This document shows positions 10,706 through 21,274 of a stretch of 64,000 nt of DNA, piece after piece. The DNA is taken from assembly GCA_964501355.1 (NCBI GenBank), contig CAZCSM010000003.1, positions 1,660 through 65,659 of the forward strand, read 5' to 3'. The stretch's first letter is position 1. The number at the start of each line of letters is the position of its first letter. The position numbers and the translations under genes were made by a program. Under the pieces are notes generated by a model. The model made no database searches and was not told where the DNA came from. It saw only the letters and a list, made by a program, of their open reading frames with translations. The DNA comes from an uncultured Candidatus Saccharibacteria bacterium (GTDB taxonomy: Bacteria > Patescibacteriota > Dojkabacteria > CAZCSM01).

Positions 10706-12607
10706 ATGTCAAAGGTTGTAGGTATCGACTTGGGTACAACAAACTCATGTATGGCAATAATGGAAGGTGGAAATCCTGTTGTTATTGCTAACTCACAGGG
10801 AGGAAGATTAACTCCTTCAGTTGTCGCTATTACCAAAGATGGAGAAAGAATCGTTGGTACACCAGCAAGAAATCAAATGGTCACGAATGCAAAGAATACA
10901 GTTTATTCAGTAAAAAGACTTATTGGTCGAAGATGGGAAGATAAGGAAACTCAGCAGGATATCAAATTGCTCCCTTTTGATACTCGCAAGGGAAAGGGTG
11001 GTGGAATTGAAATTAAAATGGGTGATAAATGGCACTCGCCACAGGAAATTTCTGCAATGGTTCTTGCAAAAATGAAGGCTGATGCAGAGGCATATCTTGG
11101 TGAGGAAATTAAAGATGCAGTAATTACAGTTCCTGCATATTTTGATGATGCTCAAAGAAAAGCAACAAAAGATGCCGGAAAGATCGCTGGGTTCAATGTT
11201 CTTCGTGTGTTCAACGAACCAACTGCAGCTGCTCTTGCTTATGGTATGGACAAAGAGAAGAACGAGAAGATTGCCGTATACGACTTAGGAGGAGGAACAT
11301 TTGATATCTCCATTCTTGATATCGGAGATGGTGTTTTCGAAGTTCTTTCAACTAATGGTGATACTCATCTTGGTGGTGATAACATTGATCAGGAAATTAT
11401 TAATTACCTTGCCGAAGATTTCAAAAAGGCAGAAGGAATTGATCTTCGCGAAGATTCTGTTGCTCTTCAGAGACTTAAGGAAGCAGCCGAAAAGGCAAAA
11501 ATTGAACTCTCAACATCTGAGCAAACTTCTATTAATCTTCCATTCATCACTGCGGATGCATCCGGTCCAAAGCATTTGAACAGAGAATTTAAGAGATCTG
11601 AACTGGAAAACCTTATTGGTGATTTGATAGAGAGTTCTATTGAACCATGCAAGAAAGCTCTTAAGGATGCAAAATTAACCATTAACGATATTGATCAAGT
11701 TCTTCTTGTTGGAGGTATGACAAGAATGCCACTTGTTCAAAAAACTGTAAAAGACTTTTTCAAGAAAGAACCTCACAAAGGAGTTAATCCTGATGAGGTA
11801 GTTGGCGTAGGAGCCGGAATTCAAGGTGGCGTTCTAGCGGGAGACGTAAAAGACATTACTCTTCTCGATGTAACTCCATTATCTTTAGGAATTGAGGTTA
11901 ATCAGGGCCAAATGCATGTGATGATTCCTAGAAATACTACAATCCCAACCGAGAAGAAAGATGACAGGTTTACGACAGGTGCTGATAATCAACCTGCAAT
12001 TGATGTAAAGGTTTTCCAGGGAGAAAGACCAATGTGTGCCGATAACAAGCTTCTTGGAGAATTCACATTAGAGGGAATACCACCTGCACCACGAGGAGTT
12101 CCTAGATTTGAAGTCATCTTTGATATTGATGCAAACGGAATCTTACACGTAAGTGCAAAGGATCTTGGTACCGGTAAAGAGAAGAAGATTCCTATCAAAG
12201 CAACAACATCTCTTTCTGATGATGAGGTCAGTAAGATGGTTGAAGATGCTGCAAAGCATGCATCGGAAGATAAGAAGAAAAAAGAAATTGCCGAAGCCAG
12301 AAACGAAGCAGATTCATTATGCTTTACTGTGGAAAAAACAATCAAGGATCTTGGTGATAAGATGTCTGATGAAGAAAAGAAAGATCTCGAGGAAATGATT
12401 AAGTCTCTTCGAGAGGAATCTGCAAAAGAAGAGATAGATACTGACGAGGTAAAGAAGAAGATGGAAGAATTAATGAAGAAGATTCAAGATATTTCAGCGA
12501 AGCTTTATGAGGCACAGGCCGCAGAGCAACCTGAATCAATGGAAGATTCTTCGGGTGAGGAAAAGAAAGATGATAAGACTGTGGAAGAAGGGGAGATAGT
12601 GGAGTAG
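10706..12607 (+). CDS. dnaK: Chaperone DnaK
   Basis: [33 protein letters not shown]. Confidence 0.98.
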   Translation: MSKVVGIDLGTTNSCMAIMEGGNPVVIANSQGGRLTPSVVAITKDGERIVGTPARNQMVTNAKNTVYSVKRLIGRRWEDKETQQDIKLLPFDTRKGKGGGIEIKMGDKWHSPQEISAMVLAKMKADAEAYLGEEIKDAVITVPAYFDDAQRKATKDAGKIAGFNVLRVFNEPTAAALAYGMDKEKNEKIAVYDLGGGTFDISILDIGDGVFEVLSTNGDTHLGGDNIDQEIINYLAEDFKKAEGIDLREDSVALQRLKEAAEKAKIELSTSEQTSINLPFITADASGPKHLNREFKRSELENLIGDLIESSIEPCKKALKDAKLTINDIDQVLLVGGMTRMPLVQKTVKDFFKKEPHKGVNPDEVVGVGAGIQGGVLAGDVKDITLLDVTPLSLGIEVNQGQMHVMIPRNTTIPTEKKDDRFTTGADNQPAIDVKVFQGERPMCADNKLLGEFTLEGIPPAPRGVPRFEVIFDIDANGILHVSAKDLGTGKEKKIPIKATTSLSDDEVSKMVEDAAKHASEDKKKKEIAEARNEADSLCFTVEKTIKDLGDKMSDEEKKDLEEMIKSLREESAKEEIDTDEVKKKMEELMKKIQDISAKLYEAQAAEQPESMEDSSGEEKKDDKTVEEGEIVE

Positions 12608-12627
12608 TTTTTAGGTGTTAGTTTGTA

Positions 12628-12653
12628 GTAGGGACAGGCCTTGTGCCTGTCCT
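12628..12653 (+). repeat. GTAG-type REP-like hairpin (other copies at 13993-14047 as a doublet, 27388-27411 reversed, 47607-47635, 51277-51305)
   Basis: GTAGGGACAGG...CCTGTCC(CTAC) palindromes recur in intergenic regions. Confidence 0.7.
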
Positions 12654-12711
12654 TCGTTTTTTCTTAGGTATGATATGATAAAATGTATCAGATAATTTTA
12701 ACTACATACGG

Positions 12712-13494
12712 ATGATGAGTGAATTAATTGATCTTGCAAAAGAAGTCGCTGTACAAGCCGGAGATCTTCTTTTGGAGATGTTTGATGATCGACTGAATGT
12801 TGGCTCAAGTGAGAAAGGCGTGAAGGATATTGTCACTGATGCTGATGTAAAAGCTGAAGAACTTATTAAACAAAAGCTTTTAGCGAAGTATCCTAATATT
12901 CCAGTAATCAGTGAGGAGTCTGATATGGAAAAAGAACATTCTCATTTTAGAAATGGTGATTTCTGGGTAATTGATCCTCTTGATGGTACGAGAAACTTTT
13001 CGATTGGTAATCCAAACTTTGTTGTTTCGATTGGCTACGTTGACTCCGATATGAAATTACACGGTGTTGTCTGTTACCCGATTTTGAAACAACTATTTTA
13101 TACAGAAGATGGTAAATCTTATCTTAACGGTAAATTAATTGCGGTAAGAGATGAGGACGACCTAGATGATGCAATCGTCGCATATTGGGATAAAAGAGAA
13201 AAGGACCCACAATGGGATAAACCTGACGTTTTAAATTCCCTACGAGGTAAGGTAAAAGTTTTGCGAATGTTCGGTGCAAGCGCATTGGAAAAGTCATGGG
13301 TTGCGAATGATCAAGTTGATTTATATATAGGGAATTCTTCTTCAATATTTGGTGCTGTTGCAGGTGTTGGTTTAGTTCGCAATGCAGGTGGTGTTGTTTT
13401 GAATTTTGAAGGAAATGAATGGCAGTTAGGGGATATAGGGATAATTTGTGGAAAGGAGAAATTAGTTAAAAAGGCTTTACCGTATTTGAAATAG
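12712..13494 (+). CDS. Inositol monophosphatase family protein (SuhB-like)
   Basis: DIVT.AD..AE, ISEE, WVIDPLDGTRNF motifs. Confidence 0.9.
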   Translation: MMSELIDLAKEVAVQAGDLLLEMFDDRLNVGSSEKGVKDIVTDADVKAEELIKQKLLAKYPNIPVISEESDMEKEHSHFRNGDFWVIDPLDGTRNFSIGNPNFVVSIGYVDSDMKLHGVVCYPILKQLFYTEDGKSYLNGKLIAVRDEDDLDDAIVAYWDKREKDPQWDKPDVLNSLRGKVKVLRMFGASALEKSWVANDQVDLYIGNSSSIFGAVAGVGLVRNAGGVVLNFEGNEWQLGDIGIICGKEKLVKKALPYLK

Positions 13495-13595
13495 CCGAAT
13501 AACCTTCAATTAGTGGTATATATTGCAATGTTTCCATACATTTGCGATAATTCAAATATCTCTATTCCTTTTTCTATTTTATCTTTTCTATTCCT

Positions 13596-13937
13596 ATGAA
13601 CAAGAATGAAAAAGCTTTCGAGTCCTCGAAAGAAAAGAATTTTTTCTCCGGTGCACTTAAATTCTCATCGGATTATGTTTCTAAAGCAGAGCTATTTGAT
13701 GCAGCTTCTAGATGGACAGCAGCAGATAAAAATGTATTAAGGGTCTCCATTCGTCAAGGTGGTACAGATCAACACGCGTTAGATTTTATGTATGATCTTT
13801 CCGGCCTTTCGAATAGCCAATGTCCCAAAGGTTCTTCTGTTTTAGGTATGGTTTTTAAACCAGCATTTAAAGAATACCTAGGTGGAGACTATATGATTGG
13901 TTGGGACTGCGGGCAACCAACTTACATTGTAAAATAA
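13596..13937 (+). CDS. Hypothetical protein, distant paralog of 35009..35383
   Basis: 113-aa ORF followed by a hairpin; shares the F.SG.LKF...W..D.N....IR pattern with the 35-kb ORF. Confidence 0.7.
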   Translation: MNKNEKAFESSKEKNFFSGALKFSSDYVSKAELFDAASRWTAADKNVLRVSIRQGGTDQHALDFMYDLSGLSNSQCPKGSSVLGMVFKPAFKEYLGGDYMIGWDCGQPTYIVK

Positions 13938-13962
13938 TTTCATAATCTGGAATAGGATAAAT

Positions 13963-13987
13963 AAAGAACCTCCTTCGAGGTTCTTTT
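13963..13987 (+). terminator. Intrinsic terminator-like hairpin
   Basis: AAAGAACCTC-CTTC-GAGGTTCTTTT between convergent genes. Confidence 0.65.
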
Positions 13988-14055
13988 GCTATGTAGGGAC
14001 AGGTCTTGTGCCTGTCCTAAAAGGACAACCACGAGGGTTGTCCCTACGAGAACAA

Positions 14056-14619
14056 TTACATCTCTACTATCTGGAACAGTACTTGCCCCTTTACTGTTTC
14101 TGTATCAAGTACATCAGCTGTTACAGAAAGTTTGATATCTTCTGCCTGGTATGGATCAAGACTGATTGCGAAATAGTCTTGATTAGGTTTCTTCGAGAAG
14201 CTATACAACTCAAATGTTCCACCGTCGACGAGCATCCTGACTTCCAATTCGTTCATATTCGGATTAGTAACGGTCTTTGGTGTTATTCGTAAAGAAATTC
14301 GATCGTTCGTCTTATTTGTTAATTTGAAAAGATCATAGGTTACAGTTGCCTCCGAATATGCCGTGAATTCAATTTCCTGCTGGTCAAGATATCTTCCATC
14401 AAAAGTTCCTGATTGATCCCTAACAACAAGATCCATTCCATAATTTATTAATGGAGTTTTTGAATATGTTTCATTTTGTGTTGTTGCACCTTTAACTTCA
14501 ACCGTTTGTTCCTTTGGTGTCGGTGCAATCAATCCTACATAAATTAGTGTCCCAAAACTGACCACAGCTACAATTACTGCTAAGCTGTACGGGTGGAATA
14601 GGTTAAACTTTTTCTCCAT
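14056..14619 (-). CDS. Membrane-anchored beta-rich hypothetical protein
   Basis: N-terminal TM helix; overlaps the end of the upstream gene; last gene of the minus-strand surface operon. Confidence 0.7.
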   Translation of the reverse strand: MEKKFNLFHPYSLAVIVAVVSFGTLIYVGLIAPTPKEQTVEVKGATTQNETYSKTPLINYGMDLVVRDQSGTFDGRYLDQQEIEFTAYSEATVTYDLFKLTNKTNDRISLRITPKTVTNPNMNELEVRMLVDGGTFELYSFSKKPNQDYFAISLDPYQAEDIKLSVTADVLDTETVKGQVLFQIVEM

Positions 14620-15637
14620 TTGTTTCTTCTGTATCTAATTTATTTATGTTTGGCAGTTTTGATTTTACTTCTGGCTCTTTCTCGATCTTTACCTTTTTAA
14701 GCTCTGTTTTTTTCTTATCTTTATTATATCCGACAATTATTAACAGAATCACAACCACTAGTACTGCGATAACGACTTTCCAAGGAATTACCCAGAAATA
14801 GACTTCTGAACTTAGAGGTAAATCGTCAACACCATAAGCAAGTTCAACTTCTGCCTTATAGATGCCAAATCTCCAAGTTCCTTTCCATTCTGTTTCCCAA
14901 AGTCTAACTGCGGTAGGAAAGATGTTTGCCGGTTTTATAATCCATTCTGCGACTTCATTTCCCAAAGTGTTTTTTATTGTTACCGTTCCGCTTACTGGAA
15001 TATGGGTATTCCCATCATTTAGTATTTTCAATGTAAGAGGAATTGGGCCATATTCTGAAAAGAATGGTGCGGAGAACTCAGTAATTTCTGCAGACTCTTT
15101 AATATCACCTGATACAGTTAGTTTAACATAGGTTCCAAGCTTGTGTTCTACAAGAGGACCTACAACTTCTTCCTCGACTATTACCGGTGTAAATAGAATG
15201 CTTGTATAATGTCCTCCTGGTGTAGCGTCTTGTGGAATATCAATTGTAAAAGGAACATCTTTTGATTCGTTTGGTTCCAATAAAAATTCTTGGTACTCTT
15301 CTGCGACACCAATCCATTTGCTCATTGACCAAATGGATGAACCGGATTCAACAAATGTAGGAACACCGCTCTCAGACTCAACAATGAAGTCGAATAATTC
15401 GGTTTTAATTTTTAGTGTTTCTTCACTTAAGTTTGTAACTTTTGTCGTGCTATTCAGTGTGTCACCAGGATTACCATATAGATCAACACTCAAGTTGCCG
15501 GTTTCATCCGCTGAGCCACTCACAACGATTTTGCTCTCTTCGGTCCCACCTGTTTGTGCATAGGCTGGAATTGCAAATCCAAGAAGTAAAGTGGAAGCAA
15601 CTAATATTTTTGGCAGTGTTTTGTTCATTGTTTTCAT
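14603..15637 (-). CDS. DUF916/WxL-interacting-protein-like surface protein with C-terminal TM anchor
   Basis: Signal peptide; PG......V.N; V.F.I.IP.DA.PGGHY..I.F; N.GN.H; G.YKA.V...YG; FWVIPW then TM and basic tail. Confidence 0.7.
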   Translation of the reverse strand: MKTMNKTLPKILVASTLLLGFAIPAYAQTGGTEESKIVVSGSADETGNLSVDLYGNPGDTLNSTTKVTNLSEETLKIKTELFDFIVESESGVPTFVESGSSIWSMSKWIGVAEEYQEFLLEPNESKDVPFTIDIPQDATPGGHYTSILFTPVIVEEEVVGPLVEHKLGTYVKLTVSGDIKESAEITEFSAPFFSEYGPIPLTLKILNDGNTHIPVSGTVTIKNTLGNEVAEWIIKPANIFPTAVRLWETEWKGTWRFGIYKAEVELAYGVDDLPLSSEVYFWVIPWKVVIAVLVVVILLIIVGYNKDKKKTELKKVKIEKEPEVKSKLPNINKLDTEETNGEKV

Positions 15638-15651
15638 TAATTATGCAATAT

Positions 15652-16752
15652 CTAGAAAATTGGTGTTGACACGTAAGTAATAGTTGTTCCAGAATAGTTT
15701 CCTGTTGGTTGTGAGGTATTTACTTCAATTTGATAAGTGATTGTTGTTGCCTCTGCTGTAACTGGTCCGTTATTATATGCGACTTCATAAGCCGTGCTTG
15801 TGCTCCAAGCTGCATATGTATCTGCTAATGAAAACCTCGTAGTTGTTCCTGTTCCAAGAACTCCGTCATTCGTATGATAACCCAGATATCCAGTGTTTGT
15901 ATTTGGTGTTATGCTTACCGGTGCTGCCCAAGCTGTTGGCGCTGCATTAGTTCCTGTAAACCAGTCAATATCATTTGCCCCTGAAGTTAACTGTGCATCT
16001 GCGATGGTTGTAGTTGTATATCCACCAGTTGCATTGGTTGAAATGGTTAGTGTTTGTGTGCAAGTCTCTGCTGTACCTGGAATTATTGACGCAAAATCAA
16101 CACTTGTTGCAGTTACTGTTCCGCTATCACAGGAACCTCCAGCAATTGCAAAAGATAGGGTTGTATCGATTTGAGCTGTAATTGTAACTCCAGAGACAAT
16201 TCCGACTCTCATGTTAATTGAATCATATACCGGTGAACCTCCTCCATCTGTTGTAGTTACTGCAACTGTACAGATATTCGAATCATTTCCTGCTCCGCAA
16301 ACTGCACCGGAAGGATTTTCAACTTTGTTTGTATCTCCGATGGTTACTCTTATCCATGTTGTTGCAGCAATATCTGTAGCTCCAAGAGGGATTGTTACAT
16401 TAGGTGATGAAACTACAATCGTTCCTGCCGTGTAAGAGGCCCAACTTGGAGTACCTCCAGTTCCGCCAGTTTCTACCGTAACATCTGTATTTGCAAGGGA
16501 ATTAAAAGTGAAATCGGCTTCGAATGCGAATCGGATCTCATCGTTACCTCCACCACCGGTTCCAGATAATGCTGTTGGGTTTCTGAAGACAAATGTGTGA
16601 ATTGCATCTGTTGACGGAAGAGATGTTTCCAATGTATCGCTTGCGCTCGTCAACGAATCAGATAACACTCTTTGTGGTAGAGAAACAAGTAGCAATAATG
16701 CTATTGTAACAATCACTAAACTCGTTCTGATATTTTTATTAAAAACTTTCAC
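15652..16752 (-). CDS. Secreted Thr/Gly-rich protein with WxL/pilin-like C-terminal domain
   Basis: Signal peptide; C-terminal domain LSF.I...VDF..I.P...ISTNA.GGY...ITYQI.V...QP.G.Y....ITYVSTPIF, paralogous to 18178..18915. Confidence 0.65.
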   Translation of the reverse strand: MKVFNKNIRTSLVIVTIALLLLVSLPQRVLSDSLTSASDTLETSLPSTDAIHTFVFRNPTALSGTGGGGNDEIRFAFEADFTFNSLANTDVTVETGGTGGTPSWASYTAGTIVVSSPNVTIPLGATDIAATTWIRVTIGDTNKVENPSGAVCGAGNDSNICTVAVTTTDGGGSPVYDSINMRVGIVSGVTITAQIDTTLSFAIAGGSCDSGTVTATSVDFASIIPGTAETCTQTLTISTNATGGYTTTTIADAQLTSGANDIDWFTGTNAAPTAWAAPVSITPNTNTGYLGYHTNDGVLGTGTTTRFSLADTYAAWSTSTAYEVAYNNGPVTAEATTITYQIEVNTSQPTGNYSGTTITYVSTPIF

Positions 16753-16814
16753 GATGATTATTCGTCAATATATATAAATTCTTATACTCATTAAATTGTC
16801 TTTTGCCAATCTTG

Positions 16815-18140
16815 TCAAGTCCCTTGCGATCTTTTTGTCCTCCGAATCGCAATAATAGTTATAGAACAAAGACAAACTAGAACTACAAGAGAGTTTATTA
16901 TCAATTTAATAGGAATGACATAAAATGATATTGAACTATTTAAGCCAACGGTGCCATCTTCACTTTTTACTTCTATCTCTGCATTATATTTCCCAAACAG
17001 ATACTTAAATTCCCATGAAGGAGAATCTTCTTGACTCTCCAATCGCCTTATTGTTCCGGGAAGAACAGTTGTTTTATCAAGAACAATCGTATCAACAATA
17101 TCACCTTTTCGATCTCTAATTTTTATCGTCCCATAAGCATTGTAGTGTAGTGTTCCTGTATTATTCACTCTTGCTGTAAACTCAACCGGGGAAATAAAGT
17201 TCCAGTCGTTCTTTACAGAAAATTCAACAATTTGACCGCTCTTCACAAGTTCTCCAAGGATTTCTCCTGAGTGAACAAAGTTGATATAACTTAGTATTCC
17301 GATTTTTCCGGTAACAAAAGACCCTGAACCGACTGTTGTTGATGCGGTGGGTATTGGTTCAATAAAAATTACATAATAGTATTCACCTTGTGGCAAAGTC
17401 TTTTCACCGTAAAAGTTGGCCGTAATAATTTTTGATGAATTGGCTGGGATTTTGACGGTGGATTCACTGAAGATAATTTCAATTTCTTTCTTTTCTTTTT
17501 CAAGAAAGTTTAATTTTCCATATTCTCCCACGATCTCAAATTTTTCGTAATAAACAAGATATTCTTGATCCAGGTTATTTAAGTTATAAACTTTAATTTC
17601 TTCATTCTTCGTTTCTTCTGCAACCAAATCCATTTCAAATTTAATTGGGTCTACGCCAAGAGAAGTTTTATCTTGAGCGTGAATTGGATGAGGGAAGAGT
17701 ATAGATGCTAGAGATAATATGGACATGAATGGAATTAGAGTAGCTAGTAGTTGGTAGCTAGTAGTTGTGGACTTTCTGATGCTTGAGATAAGCGCATTTA
17801 TTAACTTGGCAATCTCAATGCTTGTATTGGCTAATTCTTTAAAGACGTCTCGTTTCATGTAATCCAAATCTTTTGCAATTATTAATTGGTTTTGAACTTC
17901 CGTTAATGAACTAACGGAGACTTGATAGAATTGGATCTTTTCCTTTCTCGACCTTCTCGAAAATCCTTCTGCCAAATTACTGGTTATTGAAACGGCGGCT
18001 CGTCGTATTTGTGAGGAAAGTCCATATAATTCTTCCTTTGGAAATTTGTTTGTAATGCTGTAAATATCTAAAACAAAAACATGTCCTTTTTGCCAGGCTA
18101 TTAAATCGGTAAAGTTTTTAATCTTCTTGTTGTCGTCCAT
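16815..18140 (-). CDS. Four-helix-bundle (23S rRNA IVP-like) domain fused in frame to a DUF916/WxLIP-like surface protein
   Basis: Residues 1-124: F.DLIAWQK.H...IY..T..FPKEELYGLSSQIRRAAVSI.SN.AEGF.R. This is followed by a signal-like hydrophobic stretch and a domain paralogous to 14603..15637 (N.G..H, GKY.A, FYVIP plus TM). Confidence 0.8.
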   Translation of the reverse strand: MDDNKKIKNFTDLIAWQKGHVFVLDIYSITNKFPKEELYGLSSQIRRAAVSITSNLAEGFSRRSRKEKIQFYQVSVSSLTEVQNQLIIAKDLDYMKRDVFKELANTSIEIAKLINALISSIRKSTTTSYQLLATLIPFMSILSLASILFPHPIHAQDKTSLGVDPIKFEMDLVAEETKNEEIKVYNLNNLDQEYLVYYEKFEIVGEYGKLNFLEKEKKEIEIIFSESTVKIPANSSKIITANFYGEKTLPQGEYYYVIFIEPIPTASTTVGSGSFVTGKIGILSYINFVHSGEILGELVKSGQIVEFSVKNDWNFISPVEFTARVNNTGTLHYNAYGTIKIRDRKGDIVDTIVLDKTTVLPGTIRRLESQEDSPSWEFKYLFGKYNAEIEVKSEDGTVGLNSSISFYVIPIKLIINSLVVLVCLCSITIIAIRRTKRSQGT

Positions 18141-18177
18141 ATATTTCTCCTAGTTGCTAGCTACGAATTCCCATCTA

Positions 18178-18915
18178 CTAAAAAGTTGCTGTCAGAATGT
18201 AAACTATCGTATTTTCATATGTTCCTGCCGGCTGAATATCGTCAACATTTACCTGATAAGTTACTCTAGTTGAAGCCCCTGTTTCTGGTGTACTTCCATT
18301 TTTGCTCATAATCTCTTGTGGAATTTCAGAGAAACTATAGTCTGCAAATTCCCTGTAACCTGAGGTAAGTGTTGCGTCTGTTCCTGTCAGATTTTCAACA
18401 GTAAATCCGAAACCGAACTCTGTATCATAATCTGTCCAAGAACCTTCGGTACTTTCTGTAATTGAATTGAATGGCAGGTCATCACCATTTGCTGCTCCGT
18501 ACGGAACCTTTTGCGTTCCGGTGACGTTCTTCAATTTGAAAGGTGTCGTTTCATATGTAGTTACTTTGTATCCTTCGGGACTATTTGTAATGACGGTAAT
18601 GTCAGAGCTTCCTGTTGCGGGTGTTCTCGGTGTCAGTGTTCCGAAGTCGACGACAGTATTTGAGATCGTGAAAGATAGGGGAATAAGGTCATAATACATG
18701 ACTCCTGACTGTATTATGAAATTATCACTTACAATTTCTCCTGAGGTTGTTTGACCCAATGCATCATTAACTTTGTAGTTATCTGATTCTTTTTCTTGCC
18801 CCATTTGATCAATTGTGTCGTTTTCGACATCAAGGCTTTGCGCAAATGTAAATACGGGGAACATGATTATTCCTGCGAATATGGTGAAGATGATGAATTT
18901 GCGAAAAGCTCTCAC
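18178..18915 (-). CDS. Secreted protein with WxL/pilin-like C-terminal domain
   Basis: Signal peptide ending TFA-Q; LSFTI...VDFG.L.P...V.TN...GY; TYQVNV...QPAGTYENTIVYILTATF. Confidence 0.65.
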   Translation of the reverse strand: MRAFRKFIIFTIFAGIIMFPVFTFAQSLDVENDTIDQMGQEKESDNYKVNDALGQTTSGEIVSDNFIIQSGVMYYDLIPLSFTISNTVVDFGTLTPRTPATGSSDITVITNSPEGYKVTTYETTPFKLKNVTGTQKVPYGAANGDDLPFNSITESTEGSWTDYDTEFGFGFTVENLTGTDATLTSGYREFADYSFSEIPQEIMSKNGSTPETGASTRVTYQVNVDDIQPAGTYENTIVYILTATF

Positions 18916-19059
18916 GTGTTTGTTGTTAGATTTATCTAACTTTATATTAGCACGAGAGAATGGAATATGGAATCTGGAATTTTGAATCTGGCGAATTCAG
19001 TTGTTTCTTAATTCCTGTAACTGATACTGTGACTGTAACTATAACCGATTGTTGCGTAA

Positions 19060-19123
19060 GTCATACTCTAGATCCCGGATCACGCTTTGCCCCGCAAGCG
19101 GGACAAGCTGTCCGGGATGACAC
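19060..19123. repeat. GTCAT...ATGAC palindromic element with a nested hairpin; related copy at 47641-47680 in the opposite orientation
   Basis: Reverse complement GTGTCATCCCGGACAGC-insert-AGCGTGATCCGGGAT matches GTGTCATTCCGGACAGC-insert-AGCGTGATCCGGAAT at 47641. Confidence 0.65.
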
Positions 19124-19180
19124 CTTCTTTTGAGTATTTGTTAATTGGTAATTGGAAATTGGTAATTTGGAATTCTTTGT

Positions 19181-21025
19181 CTATCCTCTCTTCATTATTG
19201 TCAAAAAGGCATCGGAAGGAATTTCTACATTTCCGAATTTCTTCAGTTTCAACTTTCCTTTCTTTTGTCTATCCAAAACTTTCATCTTTCGAGTAATATC
19301 TCCACCGTAAAGTTTTGCAGTAACATCTTTTCGCATTGCGGAAATGTCTGCTCTTGCAATAATGTCAGCTCCGATTGCGGCTTGAATTGGAATTTTAAAT
19401 TGTTGTTTTGGAATAATATCTTTCAATTTTTCGACAACTGTCATCCCTTCTTCTCGAGCGTGTGATTTGTGTGTAAGGAAAGACATCGGTTCAATAATTT
19501 TATTATTAACCAAAATATCGACCTTCTGAACTTCTCCTGCTCTAAAATCTTTCAGCTTATAATCCATTGAAGCATAGCCTTGGCTTAAACTTTTCATTTT
19601 GTCGAAAAAGTCAGTAATTAGTTCTGCCATCGGAACTTCATATCGCAAGATTGCTCTCGCTAAATCTTGATCTACACTATTCTTATCCAAGTATTCTGTA
19701 TCTTTGTAGTTTCCTCTTTTGTCCTGACAAAGCTGCATAATTGAACCTAAATATCTTGCTGGTACAATTATTTCAACGTTTGCCCAAGGCTCTCGAATTT
19801 CATCAATATATGAAGGATCCGGCATATCTTGAGGAGTCTCAATTACTTCCACATTTCCTTTTGTTAATAAAACCTCGTATCGAACACTTGGAACTGTTAA
19901 TAATGTTTCTACATCAAATTCTCGTTCAAGTCGTTCTTTCACAATTTCCATATGCAAAAGTCCCAAGAACCCGCATCTGTAACCCGGGCCAAGCGCAGAA
20001 GAAACTTGTGGTGTATAACTTAATGCGGCATCGTTTAGTGCTAATTTTTCCAGAGCTTCACGAAATCCTTTGTAATTATCATTGCTCATTGGGAACATAC
20101 TCGCGTAAACCATTGGTAGCGGTTGTCGATAACCTGCTAACGGTTCATAATTTTCGTCGTACTCGTCATTAATCGCAAGAGTGTCTCCAACTCTAATATC
20201 TCGGATTTCTTTTAACCCTGTTGCAATATATCCGACTTCGCCGGTTAAAATTTGATTTGCTGGATTCATATGAGGCGTTAGAAATCCAAATTCAATGGGC
20301 TCGAAAACGGTTTTTGTTCTAACGCATCTTAGCTTAGGATATAACCCTTTTTTCTCGATAGCACCTTCAAATATTCGAACGAGAGCAACTGCTCCTTTAT
20401 GTTCATCATAAAATGAATCGAAAATAAGAGCTTTTGTTTTCGCACTTGTATCTCCACGCGGGTGAGGGATAATTTCTACGACTTTGTTTAATAATTCAAC
20501 AACACCAATTCCGGTTTTTCCAGAAGTCATTAATATCTCGTCTTCTTTAAAACCAAACATTTCAACCAATTCTCTTTTTGTTTTTTCAATTTCTGCATTT
20601 GGTAAATCGACCTTATTAATAACCGGTATTATTTCCAAGTCATTTTCAAGCGCTTGAAAAATAGTGCTTACAGTTTGTGCTTCGATTCCTTGTGTAGCGT
20701 CAACTAGAAGTAGTGCTCCTTCACAAGCGGCGAGAGATCTGGAAACTTCATAAGCGAAATCAACATGTCCCGGTGTATCAATTAGATTCAGAATATATTC
20801 CTCGTCATTTACAACCCAACGCATTTTTACCGCTTGAAGTTTTATGGTAATGCCTTTTTCTTGCTCCAGTTCAAGCGTATCCATCATGCGATCTTTTACT
20901 TTTCTCTGTTCAATCGTTCCTGTTGTTTCTAATAGTCTATCGGCAAGAGTAGATTTCCCATGATCAATATGGGCTATTATGCTGAAATTTCGTATGTGGT
21001 TTTGTTTATCTTGATTACTTTGCAT
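19181..21025 (-). CDS. lepA: Elongation factor 4 (LepA)
   Basis: IRNFSIIAHIDHGKSTLADR, DTPGHVDF, GFLGLLHMEI, RKDVTAKLYGGDITRK. Confidence 0.98.
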   Translation of the reverse strand: MQSNQDKQNHIRNFSIIAHIDHGKSTLADRLLETTGTIEQRKVKDRMMDTLELEQEKGITIKLQAVKMRWVVNDEEYILNLIDTPGHVDFAYEVSRSLAACEGALLLVDATQGIEAQTVSTIFQALENDLEIIPVINKVDLPNAEIEKTKRELVEMFGFKEDEILMTSGKTGIGVVELLNKVVEIIPHPRGDTSAKTKALIFDSFYDEHKGAVALVRIFEGAIEKKGLYPKLRCVRTKTVFEPIEFGFLTPHMNPANQILTGEVGYIATGLKEIRDIRVGDTLAINDEYDENYEPLAGYRQPLPMVYASMFPMSNDNYKGFREALEKLALNDAALSYTPQVSSALGPGYRCGFLGLLHMEIVKERLEREFDVETLLTVPSVRYEVLLTKGNVEVIETPQDMPDPSYIDEIREPWANVEIIVPARYLGSIMQLCQDKRGNYKDTEYLDKNSVDQDLARAILRYEVPMAELITDFFDKMKSLSQGYASMDYKLKDFRAGEVQKVDILVNNKIIEPMSFLTHKSHAREEGMTVVEKLKDIIPKQQFKIPIQAAIGADIIARADISAMRKDVTAKLYGGDITRKMKVLDRQKKGKLKLKKFGNVEIPSDAFLTIMKRG

Positions 21026-21274
21026 ATCGTATGGATTGTACTATAAAAGGGTAATAGAATAAAGAATAAAGAATAAAGAAGAAAGAATGAGGAATCTAGC
21101 GAAGCGGGAAACGAATCTAGAATTTGGAATCTAGAATCTAGCAAGAAACGGGTCAATATTTGAATGGATAAATAAAGGTGTTCTCTCTCATTTAAGTAGA
21201 GAGGACCAACATTGTCCCAGGATTGTAACGATTTTGTTCAAATTGGCACAATGTGGCTCTACGTAGTACAATTT

